From Piedraia hortae CBS 480.64 (lineage: Eukaryota): DNA of 64,000 nucleotides. The notes under the pieces were generated by a model. It worked only from the letters and a program-made list of their open reading frames with translations, was not told the DNA's origin and made no database searches. Both the position numbers and the translations under genes were made by a program. This document shows positions 49,641-60,815 of this stretch, in pieces; position 1 is the first letter of the stretch, and each line of letters starts with the position of its first letter. The stretch is from the NCBI GenBank assembly GCA_010093745.1, contig MU005973.1, positions 1 through 64,000 of the forward strand, written 5' to 3'.

Positions 49641-51233
49641 GTGAAGCTTATCGCTTGGTGTGGGGTAGTTTCAAAACTCTCTTGCGATCTCCTTACGTCT
49701 CAGCATCTCAAGCGTGTACCTTTCCAGATCTGCGCTCGAGCTCTTGGCGATTTGCAAGGGGTGACTATTCAGGATTATGCCAACAGGAAGCTGGTGCGCT
49801 ACTTCGGCGGGCTGCCCTATGCAGAAACGGGGACCACCAGGTTCTGTTGTTGTCAACCATTAACATCGGGCTATCAGCATGGCATCAGGTTCACAGGCTC
49901 TACATCATGTTGCCCACAACAAACTTTTTACAACGAGGCGCCTGCGGAAACGGGCGAAGATTGCCTGCAACTAAACATTCACATCCCGGATGAAGAGAAA
50001 CCGCCCGACGGATGGCCTGTCTTTCCTAAATTAACGGTGGTTTCTTGCAATATGGCAACGCCAACGAAGATCCAGAATTTTGGTGTCGCTTCTAAGCGAA
50101 CAAGACAGTGTTTTCCGAGCCGTCGTCGTGATACCAGCGTATCGGCTCAACGCGTTCGGCTTCCTAGCGAGCCACGAGCTGCGTGATGAAAGCGGTACGA
50201 TCGGAAACATGGGCTTCTGGGATCAACGACTAGCTTTAAATTGGACAGCAAAGAACATCGGCAGCTTTGGTGGTGATGCCAGCAAAATCACAGTCGCTGT
50301 ATACTCTGCCGGTGCGCACTCGACATTCTATCAGCTTGCCCATGAGCTATATTTCGTTCCCGACGACGATGTACTCATTAAGAGGGTGGTTATGTGGTCG
50401 GACGGCCCCGGAGGCTAGCCAAAGACGTTGGATGAGCATCAAAAACAGTTTGGCGAGTTGCTGGCTCAGCTAAACATTCCTTCCGATCAAACCCCTGTAG
50501 GATGCTTCGGCGGCTGCGGACCACAAGAGCACAAGATCTCATAGCCGCCTAGGATAATATGCAGCTATGCGAGTTTCGGGCGGTGTCAGATGATTTGTTC
50601 GTCAGGAAGGATTTGATGGCCCGGATTAACGACGGAGGTTCTTCCGCGAGGATGAAGCGACGAGGTGTTAAGATTATGAATGGTGAGTGTAGGGATGAGC
50701 ATCATCTCTACCAAGCCTGGCTAATACCGGCATCTTGGTACCAAGCCGTGGCCAACCGCTTACGAGCAGATTATCCCGATGGGGTAGTCGAAAAGGTGAT
50801 AAAACAGGTCGATAATAACACAAATGACTGGCAAGCTTGCTTTGGCCACTTGTATGCCAACATGCAAGTTCACTGGCTCGAGCATGGCTTCAATAATGCT
50901 TTTGCAAAGGGCGGACTGGAACCGGGCAGGGACCTGCTGCGCCACCGCATCGATTGGCGCGCTACCTGCGTCGAATTACCACCAGAATGGGGTGTCACGC
51001 ATACAAGCGATCTGGCAATCTGGTTGTGGAGTGATGGCTTGACCAATGCAGAAAAGGATCGACTAAGACCCTGGAACGAGGCATTGGCAAAGTTTGTAGG
51101 CGGCAAAAAAGCTGAGTGGGACACCCATCATGCCAAGCAGGTGAAGCGGCTGAGAGCAAATGAAATGGACGTTTGGTTGGATGATCAATGGGAGGAAGGT
51201 GTGAAGATGTGGAAAGTTTTGACTGCCAATTGA
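49641..51233 (+). pseudogene. Decayed type-B carboxylesterase
   Basis: FGGLPYA, EDCLQLNIHIP, (H/N)GGFLQYG after a frameshift near 50025, YRLNAFGFL, GNMGFWDQRLAL.W..NI.SFGGD, AVYSAG (degenerate GxSAG); TAG stops at 50416 and ~50550 and further frameshifts. Confidence 0.88.
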
Positions 51234-51437
51234 ATGTGGCAAGCAAAAAAACTGAAACAAACTGCTTTAAACAACGGAGACTGGATGCGTTTGCTAGTGA
51301 GACATAGCCGCAAAGACATGTTGCTTGCCGGGACCAATGAGCGGGTCAAAGCAACCTTTCAATAAGGATGCCCGCACCGTGGTGCCAATTGGAACTTTTT
51401 CTTGCATAACTCCTTCAAACGACTTCATAAAACGAAC

Positions 51438-52331
51438 ATGGCTCTGGAGGCAATGCCTCTTGGCCATGGTGCCAATATGTTGATACATCCACCGCGCATC
51501 CTATATTTTGCATCTCGACCGAATGGCATTCTGGTACCACTTATACCAGCCGATGAATTTCCTCTCGGCGTTCAACTCCAAGGAGTTCCTCGCATGGTCA
51601 GGTTGAGCCATACGATCGGCATGCAATACGCCGGCGGCTTGCCCACCTTGGGTATGCCTTTTGATCTGGAGGGAATGGAACACGAATGGCACCTGCCGCC
51701 AGGCATGGCACCTCCTCTACCGACGCCGCAATCGTCACCCATCAAGAGACCGTCCCCAGTCACCACCTTGCTCAAGCCCGGTTTGCCTCCGTCGGGTACG
51801 CAGCCTGATCAGAACAAGAAGGAGTATTGCACGTACTGGATCCGCACGGGCGAGTGCGACTACATGCAGCAGGGATGTCTGTACAAGCACGAGATGCCAG
51901 ACAAAGCGACGCTGGATAAAATTGGTTTCCGCAGCGTGCCGCGCTGGTGGAGGGAGCAGGAAGCAGAATCGCGCAGCAAGATGCATCCTCGCCCACCACC
52001 ACCGCCACCTTCGACCTTGAAATCGTGGAGGATCCCGGAAGACAGAATCGTGATACTCAAGAAGGGAGAACGCAAGGCATCCACGGTCAGCGATTTGATC
52101 GATCTCAGCGTGCCGGTGGTTATCCCGCCCACGCCGCCATCGACCTCCTCCGAATCGTTTCCGCCGATTTCGAAGCCCAAGCCCCAGGACACCACACGCA
52201 ATGTGTTTGTGCCGCGAGGAGAGTCTCCTAATCACCACGTTGCTGAAGCGCTGACCATCAGACGCCGCCAGGCCAACGGTCAAAAGCCTACTAGCATGCC
52301 TCGCAAGCAAAAGGAGAAGAAAACCAAATGA
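51438..52331 (+). CDS. CCCH zinc-finger protein with Pro-rich regions
   Basis: KKEYCTYWIRTGECDYMQQGCLYKHEMP and N-terminal YFASRPNG.LVPLIPADEFP. Confidence 0.82.
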   Translation: MALEAMPLGHGANMLIHPPRILYFASRPNGILVPLIPADEFPLGVQLQGVPRMVRLSHTIGMQYAGGLPTLGMPFDLEGMEHEWHLPPGMAPPLPTPQSSPIKRPSPVTTLLKPGLPPSGTQPDQNKKEYCTYWIRTGECDYMQQGCLYKHEMPDKATLDKIGFRSVPRWWREQEAESRSKMHPRPPPPPPSTLKSWRIPEDRIVILKKGERKASTVSDLIDLSVPVVIPPTPPSTSSESFPPISKPKPQDTTRNVFVPRGESPNHHVAEALTIRRRQANGQKPTSMPRKQKEKKTK

Positions 52332-52632
52332 AAGCGAACTAGCTATATGTAGTCATGCCAGCTATATGAAGGCTGAGAGAAGCCATGCAGTGAATTAAGA
52401 CAACTTTTTTTCCATAACTCACTTGACCGCACAATGCAGTGTGCGACAACTCGACCCGAATATCTACATTACTACTGCTCCATCAATTTTTCCCTCGCTC
52501 AGTGCTTACTCTACGTGAATTGCCATGCTGCAACCCATCTCTTCTATACTGATAGTTCACGTAAACGGTCAGCTCATGGTAACCCATCATTGATGGTATG
52601 ATGAGCCGTCCTTCGAACCCCTCTCATTCCCA

Positions 52633-53148
52633 TCATTTGTTCCTCCCGCTCTTCATCCTCTCAACCTCAACCAAAACATCCAAAAGTCCACGAACGCCCT
52701 TCTTCCACCCATCCTCTAGCAACCTTAATTCTTCCTCCTCCTGTGCAAAGCGATTGTAGCGAGCATCACTATCACCATTCTTGCGAACATACTCACCCCC
52801 CTCGCGTTCCATCTCCTCCACCTCTCCCTCCAACCCCTTTAATATACCCTCTAGTATATAATTTTCTACCAACCAAGCGTTCCGTCCATAAACCTCTAAT
52901 AAGGAGAGATTAATTTCCCTGGAGGCGAGGTATTCCTTTACAATTCTTGCTTTTTGGAGGCCTTCCGCTGTTGCATCAGGGGAGGGTGATGGCATGTCTT
53001 CGTAGCGCGAGGTTTCGATCGACGATAATTTTGATGGGGCGGTGGAGAAGGGTTGTGAAGAGAAGCGGTTCGCGAGGGAAGGATGAATTGTAATAGAGGG
53101 GTGTTTGGCAAGCTCTGCTTCGATTAGAGTTTGTGCTGAAGAAGTCAT
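52633..53148 (-). CDS. SPF27: Pre-mRNA splicing factor SPF27/BCAS2-like
   Basis: LIEAEL, IETSRYE, YL..R.INLSLLEVYGRNAWLVENYILE, LEDGWKKGV..LL.V.VE. Confidence 0.8.
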   Translation of the reverse strand: MTSSAQTLIEAELAKHPSITIHPSLANRFSSQPFSTAPSKLSSIETSRYEDMPSPSPDATAEGLQKARIVKEYLASREINLSLLEVYGRNAWLVENYILEGILKGLEGEVEEMEREGGEYVRKNGDSDARYNRFAQEEEELRLLEDGWKKGVRGLLDVLVEVERMKSGRNK

Positions 53149-53686
53149 TGTCTGGATTGTTTTGTGTTGACATGCGCTGGTTCAAAGGTGGACCTCATGC
53201 CATGCGGCTCGGACCGGACCCTATTTCACCAGGGTGGAGTCATTCATCCAGGCACGCGCTGGCGACAACCATCATTATTTAACATGCGATAACCCCACCA
53301 ACGCTATAGTCACCCACTGAAACGAAAGCTCAGTAGATAGAGCAGCAGCCGCAAAATCTGATGTGCCCTTTTTTGCGTTGTTCCGTTCGATCAATGGCCT
53401 ACTAAATGAGGTTTGGGTGAGAATCCTTAAACAGGCCCCGATTTGGTGCTGCAAGAAGATCAGAACTCCTCACGCGAAGTCTCTGCAGACAGAAACAGTC
53501 ATCTTCTGCAAAGAAGTTGCAGTCATGGCTTGAAAATTGTCTCAATTGCTCCGGCTTCCCTGACCTGCCCCTAATCGAGAGTGCCTGGCAACATTTGGCC
53601 AGAACAGGACCTGTCGAATTTTTCAATACAACTTTTTTGGGACAAAATTCAGCGACAATTACCTATTACTAGTGTACACGCAACCA

Positions 53687-56600
53687 TTACTTCAACTTAT
53701 CCCTCAGCCTGCTGAAAAAGCCCTTCTTCTTCGCTGGAGCCTCGTGACCCGGTGTCGTTGGAGACTTTGGCGTATCCGGCGTGTTGCGAACACGGTCGAT
53801 AAACGATCCACGCTTGCTGGATGCAGTCATTGACCTGCGAGGCGCGGATGTATTCTTTCCCGACTCCGCAACAGTGGACGAGGTGGCGTCTCCACGACCA
53901 CCGCTTCGATCCATAGGACTGACGTCACGGCTGATCGGCGTTGGCTTGGTTGAGGATTCAAGCTGGCCATCCTTGTCAGCAGACGTATCTTTGAAGACCG
54001 ATGCGGTGCCAGCGGTGGCAGACGGCGCAACAGCACTGGTTGCGGCGGTCATCGAAGGCGCGGGAGTACCTAGCACATTAGTCCAGTCCAGTGAATATTC
54101 GCATAACATACCGCTAGACTCATCCTCGGGCACTTTGCTGAGTAGCTCGTTCTCCACATTTTCTTTCTCAATGATAGCTTCCTTATTACCGGCAGCTTCA
54201 GGACCCACGTTGGCCAGCTTTTGAGATTCAGTTACTTCCTTGGGCACAATTCCAGAGGCCGGGGGTGTGCTGATGCCTGATTGATTCAAGGCCTTTTCGC
54301 TAGTAATTGTTGGCTTGTCAGTAAGGCTAAGACCGCTCGTCTTCTTGTTCATCTCGTCAATGTTGCTCTGCACAGACTGGGGGAGCGTGGGATGGGTGCT
54401 CTGGGTTGCTGACTGAGCGCCAGGAATATTCTGGGTGGCAGACTGGAGAGTTGAGCCTGCCTTGTCTTTTGCAGCCAATGCAGCGCCACCGAGGGCTGCA
54501 CCTGCGACGCCCAAACCACCAGCTGCGACTCCAGCAACCTTGCCCACAGTAGATGGAGATTCACTGGTAGGCTTAGCCTCCGGCACCTTGTTCGTCAATT
54601 CACGTTCCACCTCATCCTTCTCTTCAACCGCAACCGGATTGGCCGAAGCCTCGGGTCCAACACCAGCAGCACGCTGGCTCTCGATTACGACTGCTGGAGG
54701 TTCATGAGTCTCTATTGCCTGTTGGGCTGCCAGCTGATTGGTCGAGCTGGTCGTGCTTACGGAGGAAATGGTCGGATCAGTCGACTTTTGCTTGCCCGGG
54801 CTGACCTCGTCTTTTGCGGCGAGAGCAGCCCCACCCAATGCGGCACCTACCGCACCAATTCCACCTGCAGCCACGCCAGCAACCTTGCCAGCGGCTGACG
54901 GAGACTCACTGGTCGGCTTAGCCTCAGGTACCTTCTTCGCCAACTCATCTTCCACCTGCTCCTTCTCTTCAACAGCAACAGGGTTGGCGGCAGCCTCTGG
55001 ACCGACGCCTGCAGCTTTCTGGCTCTCAGTCACCATAGAAGGGGGCTTGTTCGACGAAGACGGCGACAAGCCAGCATCACTAGCATTATTGCGTGACAAA
55101 GCAGTATCTCCGACGGTGTTCCGGGCAGATGGATCGCTCGTAGAGCGTTCAGCTGAGTCATTACCAGCCATCTTATCCCGAGCTGCCAAGGCAATACCAC
55201 CAACGGCAGCACCCACAGCCCCCAGACCGCCCGCCGCGACTCCAGCAATCTTTCCTACAGCAGATGGGGACTCACTGGTAGGCTGAGCCTTGGGAATCTT
55301 GCTCTTCAACTCGTGCTCGAGCTGATCCTTCTCCTCGACCGCGACGGGGTTTGAAGCCGCCTCGGGACTGACACCCGCGGCTCGCTGGCTTTCAGTCACA
55401 ATAGCTGGAGGCTGGTCAGTGTCGGAATGGCCTGCGTATTGGTTTCCAAAACCCGTCATATTCTTTAGCTGGCCGACAGACGGCACAGAAGAGTTGGGAT
55501 CATTAGCAGCTGCCGCCGTCTTGTCCTTCGCAGCAAGCGCTGCACCGCCCAACGTAGCACCCAAGACACCGATACCACCAGCCGCAACACCAACTATTTT
55601 GCCCGCAGCCGAGGGAGATTCGCTGGTGGGCTTGGCCTCGGGAACTTTGCTGGTAAGCTCTCGCTCTAACTGGTCCTTTTCTTCAACAGCGACTGGATTT
55701 GCTGACGCTTCAGGGCTAACTCCGGCTGCCCGCTGGCTCTCAGTTACCACCGGGGGTGGCTGCTGGGCATCAGAATGACTACCCGTACTAGAGGTGCCAA
55801 ACTGCCCGAGACCAGTCTGATTAAAGGTGCCAGTCTGGCCGAGACCAGCCGTATTAGAAGAGTCAGTCTGGCCGAGCCCTGTCATGCTTTTAAGCTGATC
55901 AACAGATGGAACGGCAGACTTTGGATCATTGGACGCAGCCACCGTTTTGTCACGGGCAGCCATCGCGAGGCCGCCAACGGTAGCAGTCGCGGCGCCAAGT
56001 CCAATAGCAGCAGTACCAGCAATCTTGCCGACGGCTGATGGGGATTCGCTAGTTGGTTTAGCCTCTGGCACCTTACTGGTCAATTCTCGCTCCAGCTGCT
56101 CCTTTTCCTCGACCGCCGTGGGATTTGCTGAGGCCTCGGGATATGCATTGACAGCTTTCTGGCTATCAGTCACCACCTGAGGAGGGACATGAGGTTCAAT
56201 GGGCTGCTGCCCGGCCAGTTGATTGGTGGTGCTGGTAGGACCAACAGAGGACATCATAGGGGTAATTCCAGCCGGAGTATCCTTACCCATGGGCATGCTT
56301 GACTCTGGAATCATTTGGCCGGTGACGGGGCCCAGGCCGCTAAAGATTGGCGCCGATCCAAAAGCCTCGCGTTCACTCTGAGGGCTTAGGATGGGGGGAA
56401 GGACGGGAGCTCCCGTGTCAGACTTTTCATACGACTCCTTGTCAAGCTTGACGTTGCTGGTGAGGGTGTTTGCCGTGTAGGTGCTTGGATCAGGCACCTT
56501 TTCTCCCGGTTGCAAGTGGATGGGATTACCAATGCCACCCGAGGCCGGCAGAGGAGATATACCATACTTCTGCTCAGATGCAGACGGGGGCTCAGACGCC

Positions 56601-57113
56601 GACGTCGGCTCATGTCTGCCCTTGCTCCCTGCGCGAGAAGGGGCGTCGAAGAAATCTTCCTCGCCGCCGCGACCAGGCGCAGGGGTTTCGGGGAAGGCAC
56701 CCGGAGGAGAGTCGGGCATTTGGCCAGTCATGGTGGTGGAAGATTGAATGTCTTCGTGGTAGAGGACGTTGTTGATGTTTCCCACGTGATCAGTCTCCGT
56801 TTTGGCGGCCTGATCGTGGGTCCAGTTGCCGTCGACAACGAACTGCGAGAGTCAGCAGACATATGACAGCGCTGTCAATCACACGTACCTTGTACCAGAT
56901 TTTGTTAGAGTTACCTAAGCTGACAGGCACTGTTTTCTCAAAGCCGCCGTTGTTGCGCTGGAGACGGACGGATTGAGCCCAGTTGTCAAAGGAGCCAGTG
57001 ACAATAACGTCGTTTGCCGGATATGGCCTGGCTGGCGTAAGTACAAAAGGAGTTTATTGTGCGTGTTGCGGGGAAAAATCAGGTTCTGCGTACCAGCGAA
57101 AGGTGAAGCTCAT
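53687..57113 (-). CDS. Mdg1/Crp1-like protein: N-terminal AMPK-type CBM48 plus long internal repeats
   Basis: Spliced MSFTFRW/PYPANDVIVTGSFDNW..IWYK/FVVDGNWTHD..GNINNVL; GNPIHLQPGEKVPDP; C-terminal KKKGFFSRLRDKLK; three introns. Confidence 0.88.
54112..56190 (-). repeat. Intragenic repeat of about 80 aa, five full copies and one partial
   Basis: PPxVVTESQRAAGVxPEASANPVAVEEKxQxExELxxKVPEAKPTSESPSAxGKxAGVAAGGxGxxGAxxGGxALAAKDK. Confidence 0.92.
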
Positions 57114-58383
57114 GGCGACTTCAGCCACGCGGGGGGATCTCTCTTCGCCGTCACTGGATCGTTCGGGCAGAGCCGGGTGTTAATAATAACCCCGCCTCTA
57201 GCGCCACAGCAGGGGGCGAACCAGCGGGAGGAATCTCAATTGTTGGGCGACAACTTTCTGCGGACACCAGAGAGCGGGTGCTCTGGGAGAGTTCTAGGAG
57301 GCCGCTTCTCTTGACTTATATCAAACTCTCTGCTATGCTCCTGGCATGGCCATCGTGGAGCTCGGGCCTCTTGCTCTCAACTTAAAGAGTTCGGCCGTTC
57401 GCCGCGCTACACTTTACGCTAAGTTTCGATGACGTCGGTCAAAAAGAAAGATGACGCGACCAGCCTCGTGCACAAAGAAAGCGGGCCTCCTAGCGGACTC
57501 CGCTAAAGATGCGGTTTCTATTATTATCTGCCTCAAGCGGCCCATGTACAATCCATCTGCCTCTTATCAGCATCTTCTGTAATTATGGTGCTCTTCGTCA
57601 GTACGGCAGATAGGGACGGGAGATGTTTTCCCCCGAGTTCAGCCTGCTGAGCCCCTGTATCCTTAAACCGTGCTCGGGTACTCCCTGTCATCTTGTCGAT
57701 GTGCATGAGCTGGGACCTGTTTCTCACTACTTGCGCTTAAAGGGCTACGAACAACGATGACACCATGAATTCAAGCCAGTTTAAGGCCCAATTCCCATTA
57801 GTTGGGGGATATCATTTGGAATGTCCTCATTGTTAGGTTGGAGCGGTGAAGAGTCTTCCCACGGGGTATGATAGGTTTCCCATATGCGTTTGAAGGGCGT
57901 GAATAAGGATGGCACTGGCAAGGTAACGTCCCAGATATAACTGCCAGTCATGTTCTTGGACCATTTTGCATTCGTGCGGGTTATAAGATGTCAAGCTAAT
58001 CACGTAATGTTGTGTCTAAACCGCATGAGACTTCATGAGAGTATCTCAATGAGACATATTCCTGCATGTCTGAGCAAGAATTGAGTCAGCATATGTTTCA
58101 CAGCCACCGGTGAGTGGTGTGATTGTGTCTGAAATGATGTTTCGTTGAGTTGACCAGGCACGTTGACGCGTTGGAACATTACAGGCAGAGATACCAGACA
58201 CGGGCTCGGCCCGTTCCTTCTCCAAAGCCCCACGTCGACCTCCGCTCTGGACAAGCTCCCTTTTACCCACATCCCTTATTGCCTACAAGTAGCAGCTCCA
58301 TCTCCGTTCGATGCTGTGAAACGTTCTAAAACTGCGAGCGGCCGTTACCGCTGTACTGCTGCACGACTTTTACATTCGCAGCC

Positions 58384-59688
58384 ATGTCGGCCTCCAGTTC
58401 GCTGCCGAGCGACTATATCAACGAGATCCGCACGCTAGATCGCCTCGTTCGCGAGGACGCGCCGGAAGATATCTTACAGTATTGTGCCAACCATTTCCTA
58501 CGTCGCCTAGAGAGCCAGCGCAAGGAGTTTCGTCTGTCAGAGAACCACCCAACCAAGAAAATGGCCGACAACAGCTTCCCAGGCAGCAACAACCCATTTG
58601 GCGCCGGGCTCGCCAGCTTTGGCATGCACTCCCTGGTTGAAGAAGAGGAAGAGCAGGGCCACGGTCTAACATCGCCCACCGCTGCTGCCTTTCCTGCGAA
58701 TTCCCGCAGCGGTCGCCCTATCGGGAACGCGCCGCCCGCGTCCCTGGCGGCAGCAACTGTTGGCTCGCTGGAGATTGCGTCGTCCATTCCGCCCAACTTT
58801 AACATGGGCCGGCGCACCTCTGTTTCAGCTGAGTCGCTGGCCCCGGCAGCTGCCGACGACGCCGGTTGGAAGGCACCAAATTACCCCAAGACGGCGGAAC
58901 AGACGGCGCGGCTTCATGAGGCTGTTTCACACAACTTCCTCTTTGCCCATCTTGACGATGAGCAGTCGGCTCAGGTGCTGGGCGCGTTGCAGGAGCGCAA
59001 AGTGCCCGCAAAGGACGTTCGTGTGATTGTTCAAGGTGATGCTGGAGATTTTTTCTACGTCGTCGAAAGTGGCAAGTTTGACATTTATGTCAACCCGTCC
59101 GGAGCTGCCGAGCCAGGCCCTAATGGACTGGGCAAGAAGGTGGCCGTGTCTGGACCCGGCACATCGTTTGGTGAACTAGCGCTCATGTACAATGCGCCAC
59201 GTGCTGCGACGGTCGTCTCTACCGAACCGAGCATTTTGTGGCAGCTTGACCGCGTTACCTTTCGCCGCATCCTCATGGACTCGGCCTTTCAGCGTCGCCG
59301 CATGTATGAATCGTTTCTGGAGGAGGTGCCGCTACTGGCGTCGCTTACCCCCTACGAGCGCAGCAAGATTGCTGATGCTCTCGAAACTAAAAAATACCCT
59401 GCTGGGAGTACCATTATTCGCCAAGGCGATGTCGGCGACAAGTTTTATTTGCTGGAGTCTGGTGAAGCAGAGGCGCAGCAGCGCGGTCGCTCTGCTCCCC
59501 TTAAGAAATATACAAAGGGCGACTACTTTGGCGAGCTGGCCCTGCTTGAAGATAAGCCTCGCGCTGCCAGCGTTGTCAGCACAACTCCCGTAAAGGTGGC
59601 AACCCTGGGCAAGGACGGCTTCCAGCGCCTTCTCGGCCCCGTCGAAAGCATTATGCGTAGGGACGATCCGAGGAAAGCGTCGTCTTAG
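58384..59688 (+). CDS. BCY1: cAMP-dependent protein kinase regulatory subunit (intronless)
   Basis: N-terminal docking region (PEDILQYCANHF), RRTSVSAES inhibitor site, two cNMP-binding motifs FGELALMYNAPRAA and FGELALLEDKPRAA. Confidence 0.97.
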   Translation: MSASSSLPSDYINEIRTLDRLVREDAPEDILQYCANHFLRRLESQRKEFRLSENHPTKKMADNSFPGSNNPFGAGLASFGMHSLVEEEEEQGHGLTSPTAAAFPANSRSGRPIGNAPPASLAAATVGSLEIASSIPPNFNMGRRTSVSAESLAPAAADDAGWKAPNYPKTAEQTARLHEAVSHNFLFAHLDDEQSAQVLGALQERKVPAKDVRVIVQGDAGDFFYVVESGKFDIYVNPSGAAEPGPNGLGKKVAVSGPGTSFGELALMYNAPRAATVVSTEPSILWQLDRVTFRRILMDSAFQRRRMYESFLEEVPLLASLTPYERSKIADALETKKYPAGSTIIRQGDVGDKFYLLESGEAEAQQRGRSAPLKKYTKGDYFGELALLEDKPRAASVVSTTPVKVATLGKDGFQRLLGPVESIMRRDDPRKASS

Positions 59689-60815
59689 AGAGCGCCGCCC
59701 CCTCGGAGCCTACGAGTATGGGTATGATGTCGCGAACATGATCCTAGGGTGACTTGGTACCTAGATATGACTTGGAACAGAAAATAGTTTTTGATGAGAA
59801 AATGTTGTTCTTTTTTCCTGCTTTCTTCAGACTGTCATTTCTACTAGTATCCAATTCCTTTTGAACTCTCAGCAAAGGTGTACCCGTGTGTTTCACGCAA
59901 GTCTGTCACTTCCATTTAAACAACAACCACCTTGCAACCGAAAGTACGGAAGACCCGTCAATCATATACAACCTGGCACGTAATCAGTGCGTAAGCCAAG
60001 TTGGCAAATGAAACTAATCAACAGGCCAAGTAGATCGGTGACCTACTCAGAAAGCGTAGCCAAGTTCCTCCTCTCATCAAGGCAAGCAAAACTTACTGAC
60101 TAGACAGATTTCACCAGACCAGTTCGGGAAAGCTATATTTTTCCTGTAACAAGCGCTGCACCTTCCGCTCATCGCTACATATATCCAATATCCTCTCAGA
60201 ACACAGTCAATGACATGAAGGTTTGCATGAATGTTTTATTCCAAAGCAGCTTGTTTGATCTTGAGTCGCGTGGGCCAGAGCGTAACTCGAACTTGGTGAG
60301 AGCGATGTAAATGCCAAGCTTGATGGGGTGTGCTTGTGGGGACTGATGTTTCCATTGGCAGAACTCACTTTCAGTCCAAATGAATTTTCCATACTTCACA
60401 GCAAATTCATAGGGAATGGTTGTGTCCAGACCCTACTATGCGTTATGAGGCCAAAACTAAGAATTTTCACGGGACCACCGCTTTGGTAGGTATTTGACAT
60501 GGTGTGTAACCTTAAAATCTGCACCCTACATATGTATTACGCTATGGACATCTCCCTAGTCAGAACATACGTCAGAGTCGTAGCCGGGATGACCCACACC
60601 TTTTTCTCAGTTGCTAATTAAGGTTCTATATTCCCTCCAGGAAGGGGCGGTGTGTGTGTATATGGTCATCAACTCTACATACCTTCCATAAGTTTATGTT
60701 GCGTCTGTGATTTCTCTCACAACAAATTCTTTGCATCCGGCTTTCTTGGACGCGATAATCCCTGTCATTCTTACTCAGAAAAGGTGCCAAACTAAAATTT
60801 CCATATTCTTTACAT

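Noticed and set aside
60100..60400. Possible hAT transposase relic on the minus strand (IKLGIYIALTKF, KVQRLLQEKY)
   Set aside because: Resemblance is too weak and no TIR or TSD was found
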